A DNA stretch of 63,821 nucleotides, filler included, from Octopus bimaculoides (lineage: Eukaryota): assembly GCF_001194135.2 (NCBI RefSeq). It is 6 parts of 6 records of this genome, joined end to end, with 100 filler letters (N's around TTAATTAATTAA, not from the genome) between each part and the next. Parts side by side here need not be neighbours in the genome. Positions count along the whole stretch, not along the records: positions 1 to 21,215 come from NC_068997.1; positions 21,316 to 40,829 come from NC_068984.1; 4 more parts are not named here. The stretch is one strand, 5' to 3'. Below are positions 14,750 through 26,732 of this stretch, piece by piece; positions within the stretch are counted from its first letter, which is position 1; the number at the start of each line of letters is the position of its first letter. A model generated the notes under the pieces. That model made no database searches. It was not told where the DNA came from and saw only the letters and a list, made by a program, of their open reading frames with translations. A program made the translations under genes and the position numbers.

Positions 14750-15370
14750 CTTATCGTCTGAGTTCAAATTCCACCGAGGTCGACTTTGCGTTTCATCCTT
14801 TGGAGTCGATAAAATATTTACCTGTTGAGCACTGGAGTCAAGCAACTGACAATACAAATCTGTAGTATTGAGCAGAATATTTGCTGTATTATTATTAAGG
14901 CTGTGTGCTAGCAGGACCCTCAGCTTGCAGGGCAATATATTTAGCGCCATTTCGTCTCAGTTTTTGTTCTAAGCTCAAATTCGACTTTGCCGTTTTAACT
15001 TATAGGGAATCGATTTAATAACTACCGGTCATGTAGTGCAGTCGATATAATCTGCTAGTCCCCTTCTGCAAAATGTCAGGCCTTGTGCCTATTGTGAAAA
15101 AGATTTTTAGGGCGGCAATTTGGAAGAATCTTTAGCGCTTCGATCAAAGCGCTAAGAAACATTTATTTCGGTTCTTTACATTCTGAGTTCAAAAGATGCT
15201 GAAGTCGATTTTATCTTTCATCCCTTCGGGATCGATAAGTTCTGTACTGTATTGGAAGTATTCTACTTACCTTCCCGAAATTGTTGGCCTTGTGCCAAAA
15301 ATGTGATCGACTAAGATCCCCCCTTCCCACCCCCCGGAATTACTGGCCTTATGCCAGAATTTGAAACTAT
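14750..15370 (+). mobile_element. Cluster of three decayed SINE family A copies (~14750-14850, ~14970-15100, ~15110-15370)
   Basis: Each carries the ctgagttcaaa..gtcgac/ttt.c.tttcatcc..gtcgata core seen in 50238-50469. Confidence 0.7.
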
Positions 15371-15639
15371 TGTCATTATCGTTGTTGTTGTTGTTGTTAT
15401 CATCATCGTCATCATTCTCGCCCGACACTGGGAGTGGGGCAGCTATCCTCACTAGCACTGTCAGCGACACTCCATTTCCGTCTACTACGAGGCCCATGAT
15501 TGCAGATGGAAGTGGACCATAAAGCGGCTGAAACAGACACCGCAAAGCATCTCGTCCTTTGTTCTGACAAATCCGCAGTCTTAACCTGGTGATTATATTT
15601 ATATATAGAACCCGAACAGACAATAGACAAGAGAGTAAC

Positions 15640-15882
15640 GTTCCCTGCCGAGTCATAGCGACTCACAAAGCCGATTCCCAGGTTTCCATTGCGTATATAT
15701 TCCACACCGGGACAGAACGCCTGTCTGTCGCAGGATTACTCATTTTGGCCGGCTGTTTGGACTGGAACAATGTGAAATGAAAGGTTTTGCTCAATAACAC
15801 AACGCATTGCTTGTTCCTGGATTCGAAACCATAATCTTACGATCATGAGTTTAACACCCTGAACACTAAGCCACGTACCTCC
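15640..15882 (-). mobile_element. SINE family C (tRNA head plus V-domain-like core), decayed copy
   Basis: Aligns to 26473-26732 (gtgaaatgaa..gttttgctcaa.aacacaacgc..tcgaaacca.aatcttacgatcatga). Confidence 0.75.
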
Positions 15883-16316
15883 TAATAGACAAAATCAACA
15901 ATTAAAGCATTGCAAACACTACTTGATTATATAGGCCATTACCCCACCTCCCTGCCATTTCTGGCTGCTTAACTCACCTCTCTTTTCCCCCTTCCCCCCC
16001 CCCCNNNNNNNNNNNNNNNNNNNNNNNNNNNNNNNNNNCCTGCTTATTTGTTTCTTTGTATTTAAATGTTCAAATTTAAAATGTGAACAGTTGGTTCAAT
16101 AAATTATTCTCGATGATTTATAAGTTGAAATTGAACTCGTTTATTTCGGTTTCAAATGAAAATATATTATACATGGCCAATATAGATGCAAAGTTCGATA
16201 GTTTGAAATTTGTTTAATAACTAGAACTCTGAACTGCATCCAACAGTATATGTGCGTGTGTGTGTGTGCGAGTGTATATATGTATGCGTGTGTGCATACG
16301 CATGTTTGTATAAATT

Positions 16317-16357
<41 letters not shown>

Positions 16358-16408
16358 CATACATACATTGGTGAATGGAGTATAGAATTTTATATCTANN
16401 NNNNNNNN

Positions 16409-16449
<41 letters not shown>

Positions 16450-16511
16450 TGTAGATATATATAGGTGTAGATATATATATGTGTATATGTATATATATAT
16501 GATTGATATAC

Positions 16512-16549
<38 letters not shown>

Positions 16550-17695
16550 CCTATATGTACATAATGTACATATATCTGTCTATACGAGTGTTACAAATAC
16601 GTATAGCACGTACTCGTATATACACACATTCATACATGTACACGTATATATGAACTTTTATATGTGTGTGCGTGTGTATGTATGAGTGTGTACATGTGTA
16701 TGTGTGTGTGCGCGCGTATACACACACACATATGCTTCACTTTGTAATGTCTTCAACAATGGTGTTGTCTCGTCTCCCTTAACATACCACGCAGATTATC
16801 AATATAAGTTTGATCACTCAAACAGTTTGCTAGCATTTGTACATCACTCTCGCTCTGTCTATCCGTTTATCTTTCTGTCTCTCTTTCATGTGTCTTTCTC
16901 TCGCTATTTCATTCTTTCATTGATTCGATTAAATCTTCAAACAATGAGAATCTAAACTAATCGAAATGCAATTCAGTTCTACATATTATCAGACAACGTC
17001 CTCCACGAAAATGTTCCTGGTCTTGAAAAACACAAACCAATTTTCCCTTCATTTATTTCTTCATAATGTGTATTCGTTCATTTTGGCATATTAACATTTA
17101 ACACTAATCTATCAATCTATGTACCTATCTATCTATTTATCTATCTATCCAACTATATATATATATATATATATATGCATGGATACCTATATATACATAC
17201 GTATACACGGCATATATATACATATATTTATATATTTATACACACAGACATATATACATATATATATATACATATAGATACACGCACACATACATACTTA
17301 TTAATATTGTTTTACATGGGCTATTGCCGTTTCCTTAGCACTCTTTAGTGAAAAGAACAAAAAGAAATGAGTGAAGAGATGGTTGCAAGGCTGGTTGATT
17401 TCTGAAGTTGCTTTGTCTGGAAAACTCTTGTTTTCAATTGTAAAGTGAGACAGACAAATTAAAAGAATACAATAAATAGAATATAAACAAAAAGAAATAA
17501 ATAAAAAGATGACTAAAGTAATATATAAATAAATGATATAATTCGTCGTTGTTCTACTCTACGCTCTTCTCTAATATATTTTTGAACATATTCTGTTTCC
17601 GAGTTTGATTTTTCAAAATGATTTATTTCTGTATTGTTTTTATATTCAATTTCTACTGGTAATTGTCTGTTTGACTCAGAATATATGTCCGCATC

Positions 17696-17727
<32 letters not shown>

Positions 17728-17729
17728 TG

Positions 17730-17762
<33 letters not shown>

Positions 17763-19046
17763 GTATGTATGTATACATAATGATAATAAAATGCAATATA
17801 ATGTTGAAGTGTTTATGTGTATGTTGGTGAACAAGCCTACACGATTAGAGCTACAACTATTTCTCGCTTTGAAAAATATACTGGTTTCTATGTAACATAC
17901 ATATTTACTTTAATAATAAGTCCAAACAAATATTGTGTATCTGGTTTTCTATTCTTCATGCATACATAGTAATTTAATAAATCTATTATTGTTGTACATT
18001 CACAGTTCTCATAAGCAAGCACAAACCCACGCATGCATATATGTCTTAACGTATGTGTATATGGGTATATTTGTTTACCTATCTATCTATCTATTTATCT
18101 ATCTATTTATCTATATGTATATAATATATATATANNNNNNNNNNNNNNNNNNNNNNNNNNNNNNNNNNNNNNNNNNNNNNNNNNNNNNNNNNNNNNNNNN
18201 NNNNNNNNNNNNNNNNNNNNNNNNNNNNNNNNNNNNNNNNNNNNNNNNNNNNNNNNNNNNNNNNNNNNNNNNNNNNNNNNNNNNNNNNNNNNNNNNNNNN
18301 NNNNNNNNNNNNNNNNNNNNNNNNNNNNNNNNNNNNNNNNNNNNNNNNNNNNNNNNNNNNNNNNNNNNNNNNNNNNNNNNNNNNNNNNNNNNNNNNNNNN
18401 NNNNNNNNNNNNNNNNNNNNNNNNNNNNNNNNNNNNNNNNNNNNNNNNNNNNNNNNNNNNNNNNNNNNNNNNNNNNNNNNNNNNNNNNNNNNNNNNNNNN
18501 NNNNNNNNNNNNNNNNNNNNNNNNNNNNNNNNNNNNNNNNNNNNNNNNNNNNNNNNNNNNNNNNNNNNNNNNNNNNNNNNNNNNNNNNNNNNNNNNNNNN
18601 NNNNNNNNNNNNNNNNNNNNNNNNNNNNNNNNNNNNNNNNNNNNNNNNNNNNNNNNNNNNNNNNNNNNNNNNNNNNNNNNNNNNNNNNNNNNNNNNNNNN
18701 NNNNNNNNNNNNNNNNNNNNNNNNNNNNNNNNNNNNNNNNNNNNNNNNNNNNNNNNNNNNNNNNNNNNNNNNNNNNNNNNNNNNNNNNNNNNNNNNNNNN
18801 NNNNNNNNNNNNNNNNNNNNNNNNNNNNNNNNNNNNNNNNNNNNNNNNNNNNNNNNNNNNNNNNNNNNNNNNNNNNNNNNNNNNNNNNNNNNNNNNNNNN
18901 NNNNNNNNNNNNNNNNNNNNNNNNNNNNNNNNNNNNNNNNNNNNNNNNNNNNNNNNNNNNNNNNNNNNNNNNNNNNNNNNNNNNNNNNNNNNNNNNNNNN
19001 NNNNNNNNNNNNNNNNNNNNNNNNNNNNNNNNNTATATATATACTT

Positions 19047-19141
19047 CACGACTGTAAGCCGGACGCTCTAACCACTGAGCCCTGCGCCTTCACAGTGAAG
19101 GTGCGTGGCTCAATGGTTAGAGCGTCCGGCTTACAGTTGTG
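19047..19141. repeat. 95-nt palindrome formed by two head-to-head tRNA-like SINE heads
   Basis: Arms 19047-19093 and 19095-19141 are reverse complements at 42 of 47 positions; the right arm has the A-box-like TGGCTCAATGGTTAGAG. Confidence 0.9.
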
Positions 19142-19179
19142 AGTTAGAGAGTCTGATTCTCAGACCGGGCTGTGTCGCT

Positions 19180-19475
19180 TCGCAGTTATGCGGTTTCGGA
19201 TTCAGTGCCTCTACGTGGCATCCTGGGTCTTTTACTATTGTACCAGGCCGACCAGAGACTTAGGGAGTGAATTTAGTTGACGACATCTGTGTGTGAATTT
19301 ATGGAACGTCATGCCATAAACTCAACCGTCAACTGTCCGTCAACCATATTCTCTCATAAGGCCTGTGTCGGCCCCAGGCTATAGCAGAAAGCACTTGCCC
19401 AAGGAGCTATGATGTTGGAATGAACCCCAGATCATGGGTTTGGGAATCAAACTTCTTACCACACAGCCACGACTG
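19180..19475. mobile_element. Two decayed SINE family B 5' halves, tail-to-tail (+ ~19180-19290; - ~19345-19475)
   Basis: Both align to 57985-58116, in opposite orientations. Confidence 0.6.
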
Positions 19476-19846
19476 CGTCTATTTCTGAAAATCTTTGACC
19501 TGATCATTATTTCAGGAGGTGCTTCGCTTACTCAAGGCCAAAGGGTCGAAAGGAAGTAGCTACCTCGCCAGTAAATCTTATGACAGGTGGGTAGGAGTGA
19601 AACATATCACGTGGTTAAATAAGCTTATATCAACTACGAAGTGGGAGGCTGGAGGCAACATCTGTAGGAAATTATTCCTCTTTGCTGTAACAATGAAATT
19701 TCGGGCTGTTGGAGGGGTGCCTCGAACCACCCATTAGTTAAACCCACCATCACTACTATGGCCTGTAAAAAAAATTCTTATTAATCTGCTGTTCTGTACT
19801 ATTACAGAAGCTGTAGTATTATTATTAGTAGTAGTAGTAGTAGTAC

Positions 19847-19892
<46 letters not shown>

Positions 19893-20000
19893 TAACAGCT
19901 ATTTGAAGCTGATTTGATGCAAATAAAAATAAAAGTTCAATCAAAAGAAATGTTTTATGTGATATACTTGTGTGTGTGTGTGTGTGTATGTATATATATA

Positions 20001-20034
<34 letters not shown>

Positions 20035-21060
20035 NNNNNNNNNNNNNNNNNNNNNNNNNNNNNNNNNNNNNNNNNNNNNNNNNNNNNNNNNNNNNNNNNN
20101 NNNNNNNNNNNNNNNNNNNNNNNNNNNNNNNNNNNNNNNNNNNNNNNNNNNNNNNNNNNNNNNNNNNNNNNNNNNNNNNNNNNNNNNNNNNNNNNNNNNN
20201 NNNNNNNNNNNNNNNNNNNNNNNNNNNNNNNNNNNNNNNNNNNNNNNNNNNNNNNNNNNNNNNNNNNNNNNNNNNNNNNNNNNNNNNNNNNNNNNNNNNN
20301 NNNNNNNNNNNNNNNNNNNNNNNNNNNNNNNNNNNNNNNNNNNNNNNNNNNNNNNNNNNNNNNNNNNNNNNNNNNNNNNNNNNNNNNNNNNNNNNNNNNN
20401 NNNNNNNNNNNNNNNNNNNNNNNNNNNNNNNNNNNNNNNNNNNNNNNNNNNNNNNNNNNNNNNNNNNNNNNNNNNNNNNNNNNNNNNNNNNNNNNNNNNN
20501 NNNNNNNNNNNNNNNNNNNNNNNNNNNNNNNNNNNNNNNNNNNNNNNNNNNNNNNNNNNNNNNNNNNNNNNNNNNNNNNNNNNNNNNNNNNNNNNNATAT
20601 ATATATATATATATATATATACGTTTATAGGCATGTATGAATGTATGTGTTTGTACGAATGTATGCGCATATATGTATGTATGTATGTGAATGTGCAAGG
20701 TTTGTACGTAAGTGTTCGGGTGTGTATTTTTATATATTCCTGTGTTTTGACGTGTGGTTTTCTGCATGTATATCTTTATCAATATATCTATACAGAGATA
20801 ATATTTAGTTATCTGATCGACTCAACATGGAAATAGTTTTGTTGACATTCTGTATTCAAAGATGAAATCAGCTGCCACGTCCTTTTTAAGACCTCCTTAA
20901 CTTTAAATGATTTTCTTTCATATATTTTAAACACACACGCGCGCACGCACAGAGCAACATTTAGAATTACACTGACAAACATTTGTATTATATTTCACAC
21001 GCAAAAATAATCACTACTACACTACACACCCTTGCACCTACAGCTACCCAGATATGCTTG

Positions 21061-21111
<51 letters not shown>

Positions 21112-21215
21112 TGCATACACACAGACATACATACACACATGCTTGAACAAATGTATATCAACATATACATGTATGCATATATGTACATATATACAGAGAG
21201 ATGTGTATATATATA

Positions 21216-21315
21216 NNNNNNNNNNNNNNNNNNNNNNNNNNNNNNNNNNNNNNNNNNNNTTAATTAATTAANNNNNNNNNNNNNNNNNNNNNNNNNNNNN
21301 NNNNNNNNNNNNNNN
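21216..21315. other. Artificial 100-nt scaffold spacer (44 N + TTAATTAATTAA + 44 N); the same 12-mer sits within N runs at 40874, 53533, 58435 and 61645
   Basis: Identical 12-mer inside N runs five times, with the 44+12+44 layout counted at two sites; it contains stops in all six frames. Confidence 0.95.
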
Positions 21316-21568
21316 GTCTTTGGTCATATTCTCTTCTATTGGTGGTTTTACTTGAAGGAGATATTTGCGAAGTGTTGTATTACTCTTGAATACTGTCCTG
21401 ATGTCATGTAGGCCGCTAATCTTTTGTATGTTTTCGGAGAGGCCTTTCACATAGCATAGGGTAGACATGCTATGGAGGGTTTATTGGTTTCATCCTCTCT
21501 TTTCTTCATAATTGGAGTGGATAGTATGTGTTGGGGGTAGTTGTTACTTAATAGATTGTTACTTAGCT
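21316..21568 (-). mobile_element. Inverted partial copy of the adjacent Penelope-like element
   Basis: Reverse complement of 21685-21931 (e.g. CLPYVKGLSENIQKI..DIRTVFKSNTTLRKYLLQVKPPIEENMTKD); truncated by the gap. Confidence 0.9.
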
Positions 21569-21595
21569 TTATCATTGGATAAATGGTGAGAATTG

Positions 21596-22264
21596 AAGTT
21601 GTGAAAAGAAGGATTGCTCAGTGCCTAAACATCGAGCACAGAATATAAGTAGTGATCGTGATACCCAGCACGAAGAAATCATCAAGCTATGTAACAATCT
21701 AGTAAGTAACAACGACCCCCAACACATACTATCCACTCCAATTATGAAGAAAAGAGGGGATGAAACCAATTAACTGTCCACAGCCTGCCTGCCCTATGTG
21801 AAAGACCTCTCCGAAAAGATACAAAAGATATGCGGCCCATATGACATCAGGACAGTATTCAAGAGTAATACAACATTTCGCAAATATATTCTTGGGTTAA
21901 ACCACTAATAGAAGAGAATATGACCAAAGACTGCATATACTAGATCCCATGCAGCTGTGCTATATTATACAAAGGCAAAACATGTCGCCCCCTCAAAAAA
22001 GGGTAGACGAACATCGCAAAGCTGTGACACGAGGAGATATTGATAAATCGGGTATAGCTGATCATGTATGGAAACATGGAGACAACCTCCCACCTGTGGG
22101 ATGAATTCAAAATAATAGACAGAGAACACCACTGGAAAATGCGAAATCTAAAAGAAGTAGCGCAAATGTTAGGACACAACAACCTTCTAAGCAGACCGAG
22201 TGCAGATATGAGTAGCATATGGGAACTGGTATTAAGGAAGGAATGGAAAATATTAGATTTATAA
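21596..22264 (+). mobile_element. Penelope-like retroelement remnant: RT C-terminal/linker plus GIY-YIG endonuclease (pseudogenised)
   Basis: Across frameshifts it reads VKRRIAQCL..AQNISSD..EEII..TACLPYVKDLSEKIQKICGPYDIRTVFK..KDCIY*IPCSCAILYKGKTCRPLKK/RVDEHRKAV..KSGIADHVWKH/WDEFKIIDREHHWKMRNLKE..LSRPSADMSSIW. This matches the PLE GIY-YIG pattern (Y-x-IPC..Y-x-G-x-T..R..EH..IA-x-H..IIDRE..R..KE). Confidence 0.9.
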
Positions 22265-22293
22265 GCCCTAAAATTCACTCCATAATTTCCCAC

Positions 22294-22530
22294 AGCGTAG
22301 TGGTTAAGAGTGCGGGCTACTAACCCCAAGATTCCGAGTTCGATTCCAGGCAGTTACGTGAATAATAATAATAAGAAGAATAACATCAAAAAATACCATA
22401 GGAATGAGAACCCAGGTTCGAAATTTCCCCAAGACACCTGATGGAGACTGGGGGTGGGGTATATCAGCCTAAGCGTTCTGTTAACAACAAACAAGATGAG
22501 GACAAATATCCGTCAAATGTAAATAATGTG
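22294..22530 (+). mobile_element. SINE-like family D copy 1 (tRNA-like head, (AAT)n, hammerhead-derived 3' module with decayed core)
   Basis: A-box GCGTAGTGGTTAAG and B-box GAGTTCGATTCC; the 3' part matches 31751-31870 and the reverse complement of 34951-35070. Confidence 0.85.
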
Positions 22531-23273
22531 AACAAAGAATATATTCTTATTCTATTACTGCATCGTCAAAAGCAAGTTCAGAAGTTGTTTTCAAGTTTGT
22601 ATCAGAGTAGTTAAAGAGAACTTAAACGTATAAAAACGGATTAAATATGCAGTAGAAATCACATGTATGGTTTCACTTATATGTCGTTTTACCCTTGTGT
22701 AGCCAGTTATTTAAATTACTTAGCTTTTTCTTTTCAAGATTAAATTTAGTTCGTAGAACATGACTATGCAATATAGCGTATATTTGTTGGGTAAAATATA
22801 TTATAAGATATTCATTTACTCAGTCTTCGTTTTCTTTTTCTTTTTTTTTGTGTGACCAAGTTGCCGGAAGATAGGGTAGATTACTTTTTGCATTTATTGG
22901 ATAGAAATGGACTTCTGTCATTTCAAATTTCCCATTTGATTCGTATAACTTACAACATCAAGAAAACATGCATCAGTAAAATACGTGTATATTGTTGTTA
23001 CTGTAATAATTGTTGCTTTTTGATGTTTAACACTGAATTTACAGGAAGTAGCAAAGGTTAAATTATGATATATTGATATTTTCACAAATATCTATAGAAT
23101 ATTTTAATTGTGTCATTGACAATGAATGTTAGCCGAATCGTTAGAACGCTAGTATAATTATGTTGCAGTATTTAATATTTAATTTCCTTCTTGTTTCGTT
23201 GTTCTAATCCTGTCGAGGATAAGTTTATATTTCATACCCCAAAATCGATAAAAATCAGTCTTAATTTATTTAG

Positions 23274-23461
23274 GTGGACACAAGTCACAAATAATATATT
23301 TGTGAGGACGCAACACAGAAATTTCAAGAAGACGACATTAAGTGCCGAGTTCATAAGGAAAATATTTTATAGTGACAATGCTGAGAATAACAAATTAGTT
23401 CCAAGAGAGCATCGAATAAGTACCATATATGTTGAATCACAGATGAAATTTTCATTTCCTG
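23274..23461 (+). CDS. Candidate 188-nt internal coding exon, product unknown
   Basis: ttaatttatttag|G...CCTG|gtaagt; one open frame of 62 codons (WTQVTNNIFVRTQHRNF...ESQMKFSFP), phase 2 to phase 1. No recognisable domain. Confidence 0.28.
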
Positions 23462-23595
23462 GTAAGTATATTTACGCGCCTCAATGATGTCCACAAAATA
23501 CCAATGTCATAATTTCTTCTATTTATTCCCTCAAATATAAGGTTTATTACGTTTATTCTTGTATATCCTGCTTGTCATTATTTAGTCTGTAGAAG

Positions 23596-24045
23596 ACGGC
23601 GAGCTGGCAGAAATGTTATCTCGCTGAACAACATAGCGGAATTCCGTCCGCCTTTACGTTCTAAATTGAAATTCTTTCTCAGTCGACTATGCATTTCATT
23701 CTATCGAGATCGATAAAATAAGTACAAATAAAGCACGGGAGTCGATTCACTCGACTAGACTCAACCTACTAATTTCAGACATTGTGCCAATAGTAGAAAT
23801 ATTCTGCTGGGCAGTGAGTTAACGGAATTGTTACGATGTTTGAAAACAGCTTGTCTTAATTTGTTCCTATTCTTACAATACTGAGTTCAAATGTTCGAAT
23901 ATCGCTCGGATCCGTTTTGTCCTCCATCACTTCGAGGTCGATGAAATACCATGCCAGTTAAGTACAGGGCTCGATATAATCCAATAATCCCATCCCCCTA
24001 ATATTACTGGTCTTGTGCTCAAATGTGAAGCGATTATTACAATTC
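23596..24045 (+). mobile_element. Two tandem decayed SINE family A copies (~23596-23800, ~23805-24045)
   Basis: ggcgagctggcagaaatgtta head plus gtcgac..ttcat..tcgataaaataagtac core; the second copy is more decayed. Confidence 0.7.
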
Positions 24046-25094
24046 TTAATACTTGCACTGTTTGGGTGCGCTATTGCTTTCCTCTCAATATTTTGGAATT
24101 TTAAAGGTCGAAACTAATACAAAAATATATTAATGAATATATTTATTCATTATTTTCTCACACTTGGGGACAGCAAAATAAAATTTGCAAACCAAAAGTT
24201 CATCTTCTAATGAAATGAAAAAAGATTATGTAGCAAAGGTTAAATTATGCTGTTTGCGGTCGTCAGGAAAAATATTGAAAGCAAGAAACGGAAATGAAAT
24301 CAAATAGGTTTGGAGTTAGACACAAAAATAAAAGCCCGTCCACCCATTGGCTTTAAATTCAGGAAAACATATGCTAAAAAATATAATGTTAAATCAAGAA
24401 GGTAATGATCCAGTAAATATATGCATTTTACACGAGATAGGAGGACGGTTACACGAGTCCTGATACGATAAATTTTCGCCAATGCATTCCTTGACGTTCT
24501 ACGAATGTTTGATCCTAAGCTACAACACGATCACGTTATAGGAATGGTAATCGCTGACGGTTTCTAACATTAACATTGACACGTGTTTGCGTGTGTATGT
24601 GTGTGTGTTTGTGTGTCTGTGTGTGTTTATGTGTGGGTGCATGTATATGTATAGACATATATAGTTGAACATTCTTGCTTCACTATTTGTTTACACATCA
24701 CCGCATTTTTGTATTTCTCTAAACCCGTTTTGTAGCGCGCTTTGTAAGCGTCGAAGTACATTGCTGGAAAATAAATTCAACAAATGTCGTTCTTATTACT
24801 TTTACGAATCTCGTCGTTGTTTCCCTTCTTGTATTTCTTCATATCATACAATTATTGCAGAGAACTGTTAAGCTGATGTGAATATGTCGGTTTAGTTTTC
24901 TTTCGCTTATCTTTTGTGTTTGTTTTTATATGCAAATTATTCATGATTTCGAAATACTTATACTTTTATCTTTTATTTCTCTTCCGCAATATCTCATTAG
25001 AATTCATTTCGGAATCATGACTTTCAAAATTTTAAAGTAAAAGAAATTATGAAAATGAAATTCCAAATTGAACTAATACACTCACACGCGCGCG

Positions 25095-25129
<35 letters not shown>

Positions 25130-26472
25130 CCGAGTGTGTGCATGAGTGTGTGTAGGTAGCTACATAGATAAACACATATTTATGTTACATATACATACAA
25201 ACATATATGCATATTTATGTATGTGTATATATNNNNNNNNNNNNNNNNNNNNNNNNNNNNNNNNNNNNNNNNNNNNNNNNNNNNNNNNNNNNNNNNNNNN
25301 NNNNNNNNNNNNNNNNNNNNNNNNNNNNNNNNNNNNNNNNNNNNNNNNNNNNNNNNNNNNNNNNNNNNNNNNNNNNNNNNNNNNNNNNNNNNNNNNNNNN
25401 NNNNNNNNNNNNNNNNNNNNNNNNNNNNNNNNNNNNNNNNNNNNNNNNNNNNNNNNNNNNNNNNNNNNNNNNNNNNNNNNNNNNNNNNNNNNNNNNNNNN
25501 NNNNNNNNNNNNNNNNNNNNNNNNNNNNNNNNNNNNNNNNNNNNNNNNNNNNNNNNNNNNNNNNNNNNNNNNNNNNNNNNNNNNNNNNNNNNNNNNNNNN
25601 NNNNNNNNNNNNNNNNNNNNNNNNNNNNNNNNNNNNNNNNNNNNNNNNNNNNNNNNNNNNNNNNNNNNNNNNNNNNNNNNNNNNNNNNNNNNNNNNNNNN
25701 NNNNNNNNNNNNNNNNNNNNNNNNNNNNNNNNNNNNNNNNNNNNNNNNNNNNNNNNNNNNNNNNNNNNNNNNNNNNNNNNNNNNNNNNNNNNNNNNNNNN
25801 NNNNNNNNNNNNNNNNNNNNNNNNNNNNNNNNNNGTGTGTGTGTGTACGAGAAACATATACATATAAATGTAACCTTATTTCTCTAAACACTTAAAATAC
25901 AATGAATACGAAGTAATTAAAGAGAGAAAGAAAAAATGAAATAGGAGACAAACCTTATTTTAATTTTAACTCATGAAGATAAGTAAAATATATGTGTAAC
26001 CTAATGGAAACAAATTCTAATTCTAAAGTATGACTGACTCCATTATTTTGCATTAGGTATCGTGTAGTCAGAAGTGCAAAGAAACTTTGATAGTGATATA
26101 AAACTGGATATCAGGGTCGTTCCATTTCACTTCAGCATTTTGCTAAAGTTCCTATACCGCTGGAACATAGATACTTAATCACTTGAAGTGCAAAATCCAG
26201 CAGCCAATCTCCATTGACTCATACCTATGGCCTTGATTAATGCAGTCCTTAATAGTTATCAGATGGTTACGATTTGAAAAGATTTGATCATATATCTGCT
26301 TGATCAGAGTGCAATGGAAGGTGAACTACATCATAGTTGCTATATACCTGGAGGAGTCTTTCAGTGGTTGCTGTATTTGAAAAATATAGCAGCAAAATAT
26401 GCTTAAAAATTGTTATTTTAAACGTGAAGAGCACATCAAATAAGTGTAGCGTTATGCATGCTTTTGAACTTA

Positions 26473-26732
26473 ATAAATAAATAAATGCGCCCATTTAAAG
26501 CCTAGCCAGGCTTATGGGCCCGGTTTCCCGGTTTCTATGGCGTATGCGTTTCCCAGCTTGACGGGACTCCAGTCCATCGCAACGTTACTCATTTTTGCCA
26601 GCTAAGTGGACTGGAGCAACGTGAAATGAAGTGTTTTGCTCAAGAACACAACGCGTAGTCCGGTCCACGAATCGAAACCACAATCTTACGATCATGATGC
26701 TGACACCCTAACCACTAAACCACGCGCCTCCA
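26473..26732 (-). mobile_element. Full-length SINE family C (tRNA-derived, V-SINE-like) with 12-bp target-site duplication
   Basis: Minus strand has A-box TGGTTTAGTGGTTAGGG, B-box GGTTTCGATTC, core gtgttcttgagcaaaacactt..gcgatggactggagtcccgtc and an (ATTT)n tail. CTTTTGAACTTA flanks it at 26461-26472 and 26733-26744. Confidence 0.9.

Noticed and set aside
15440-15500. Minus-strand peptide GLVVDGNGVSLTV resembling the riboflavin synthase motif (IAVDGVSLTV)
   Set aside because: Only a short partial match with an insertion; the surrounding sequence is unrelated and runs into microsatellite and SINE.
21260-21271. TTAATTAATTAA recurring five times between N runs, superficially like an array repeat or conserved site
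   Set aside because: It always lies inside N runs, in a fixed 44N+12+44N layout where counted, with stops in all six frames: an assembly spacer, not biology.
22294-22355. tRNA-like sequences (also 35160-35221, 19095-19141, 26670-26732) as real tRNA genes
   Set aside because: The acceptor stems do not close and each continues into SINE body sequence; they are SINE heads.
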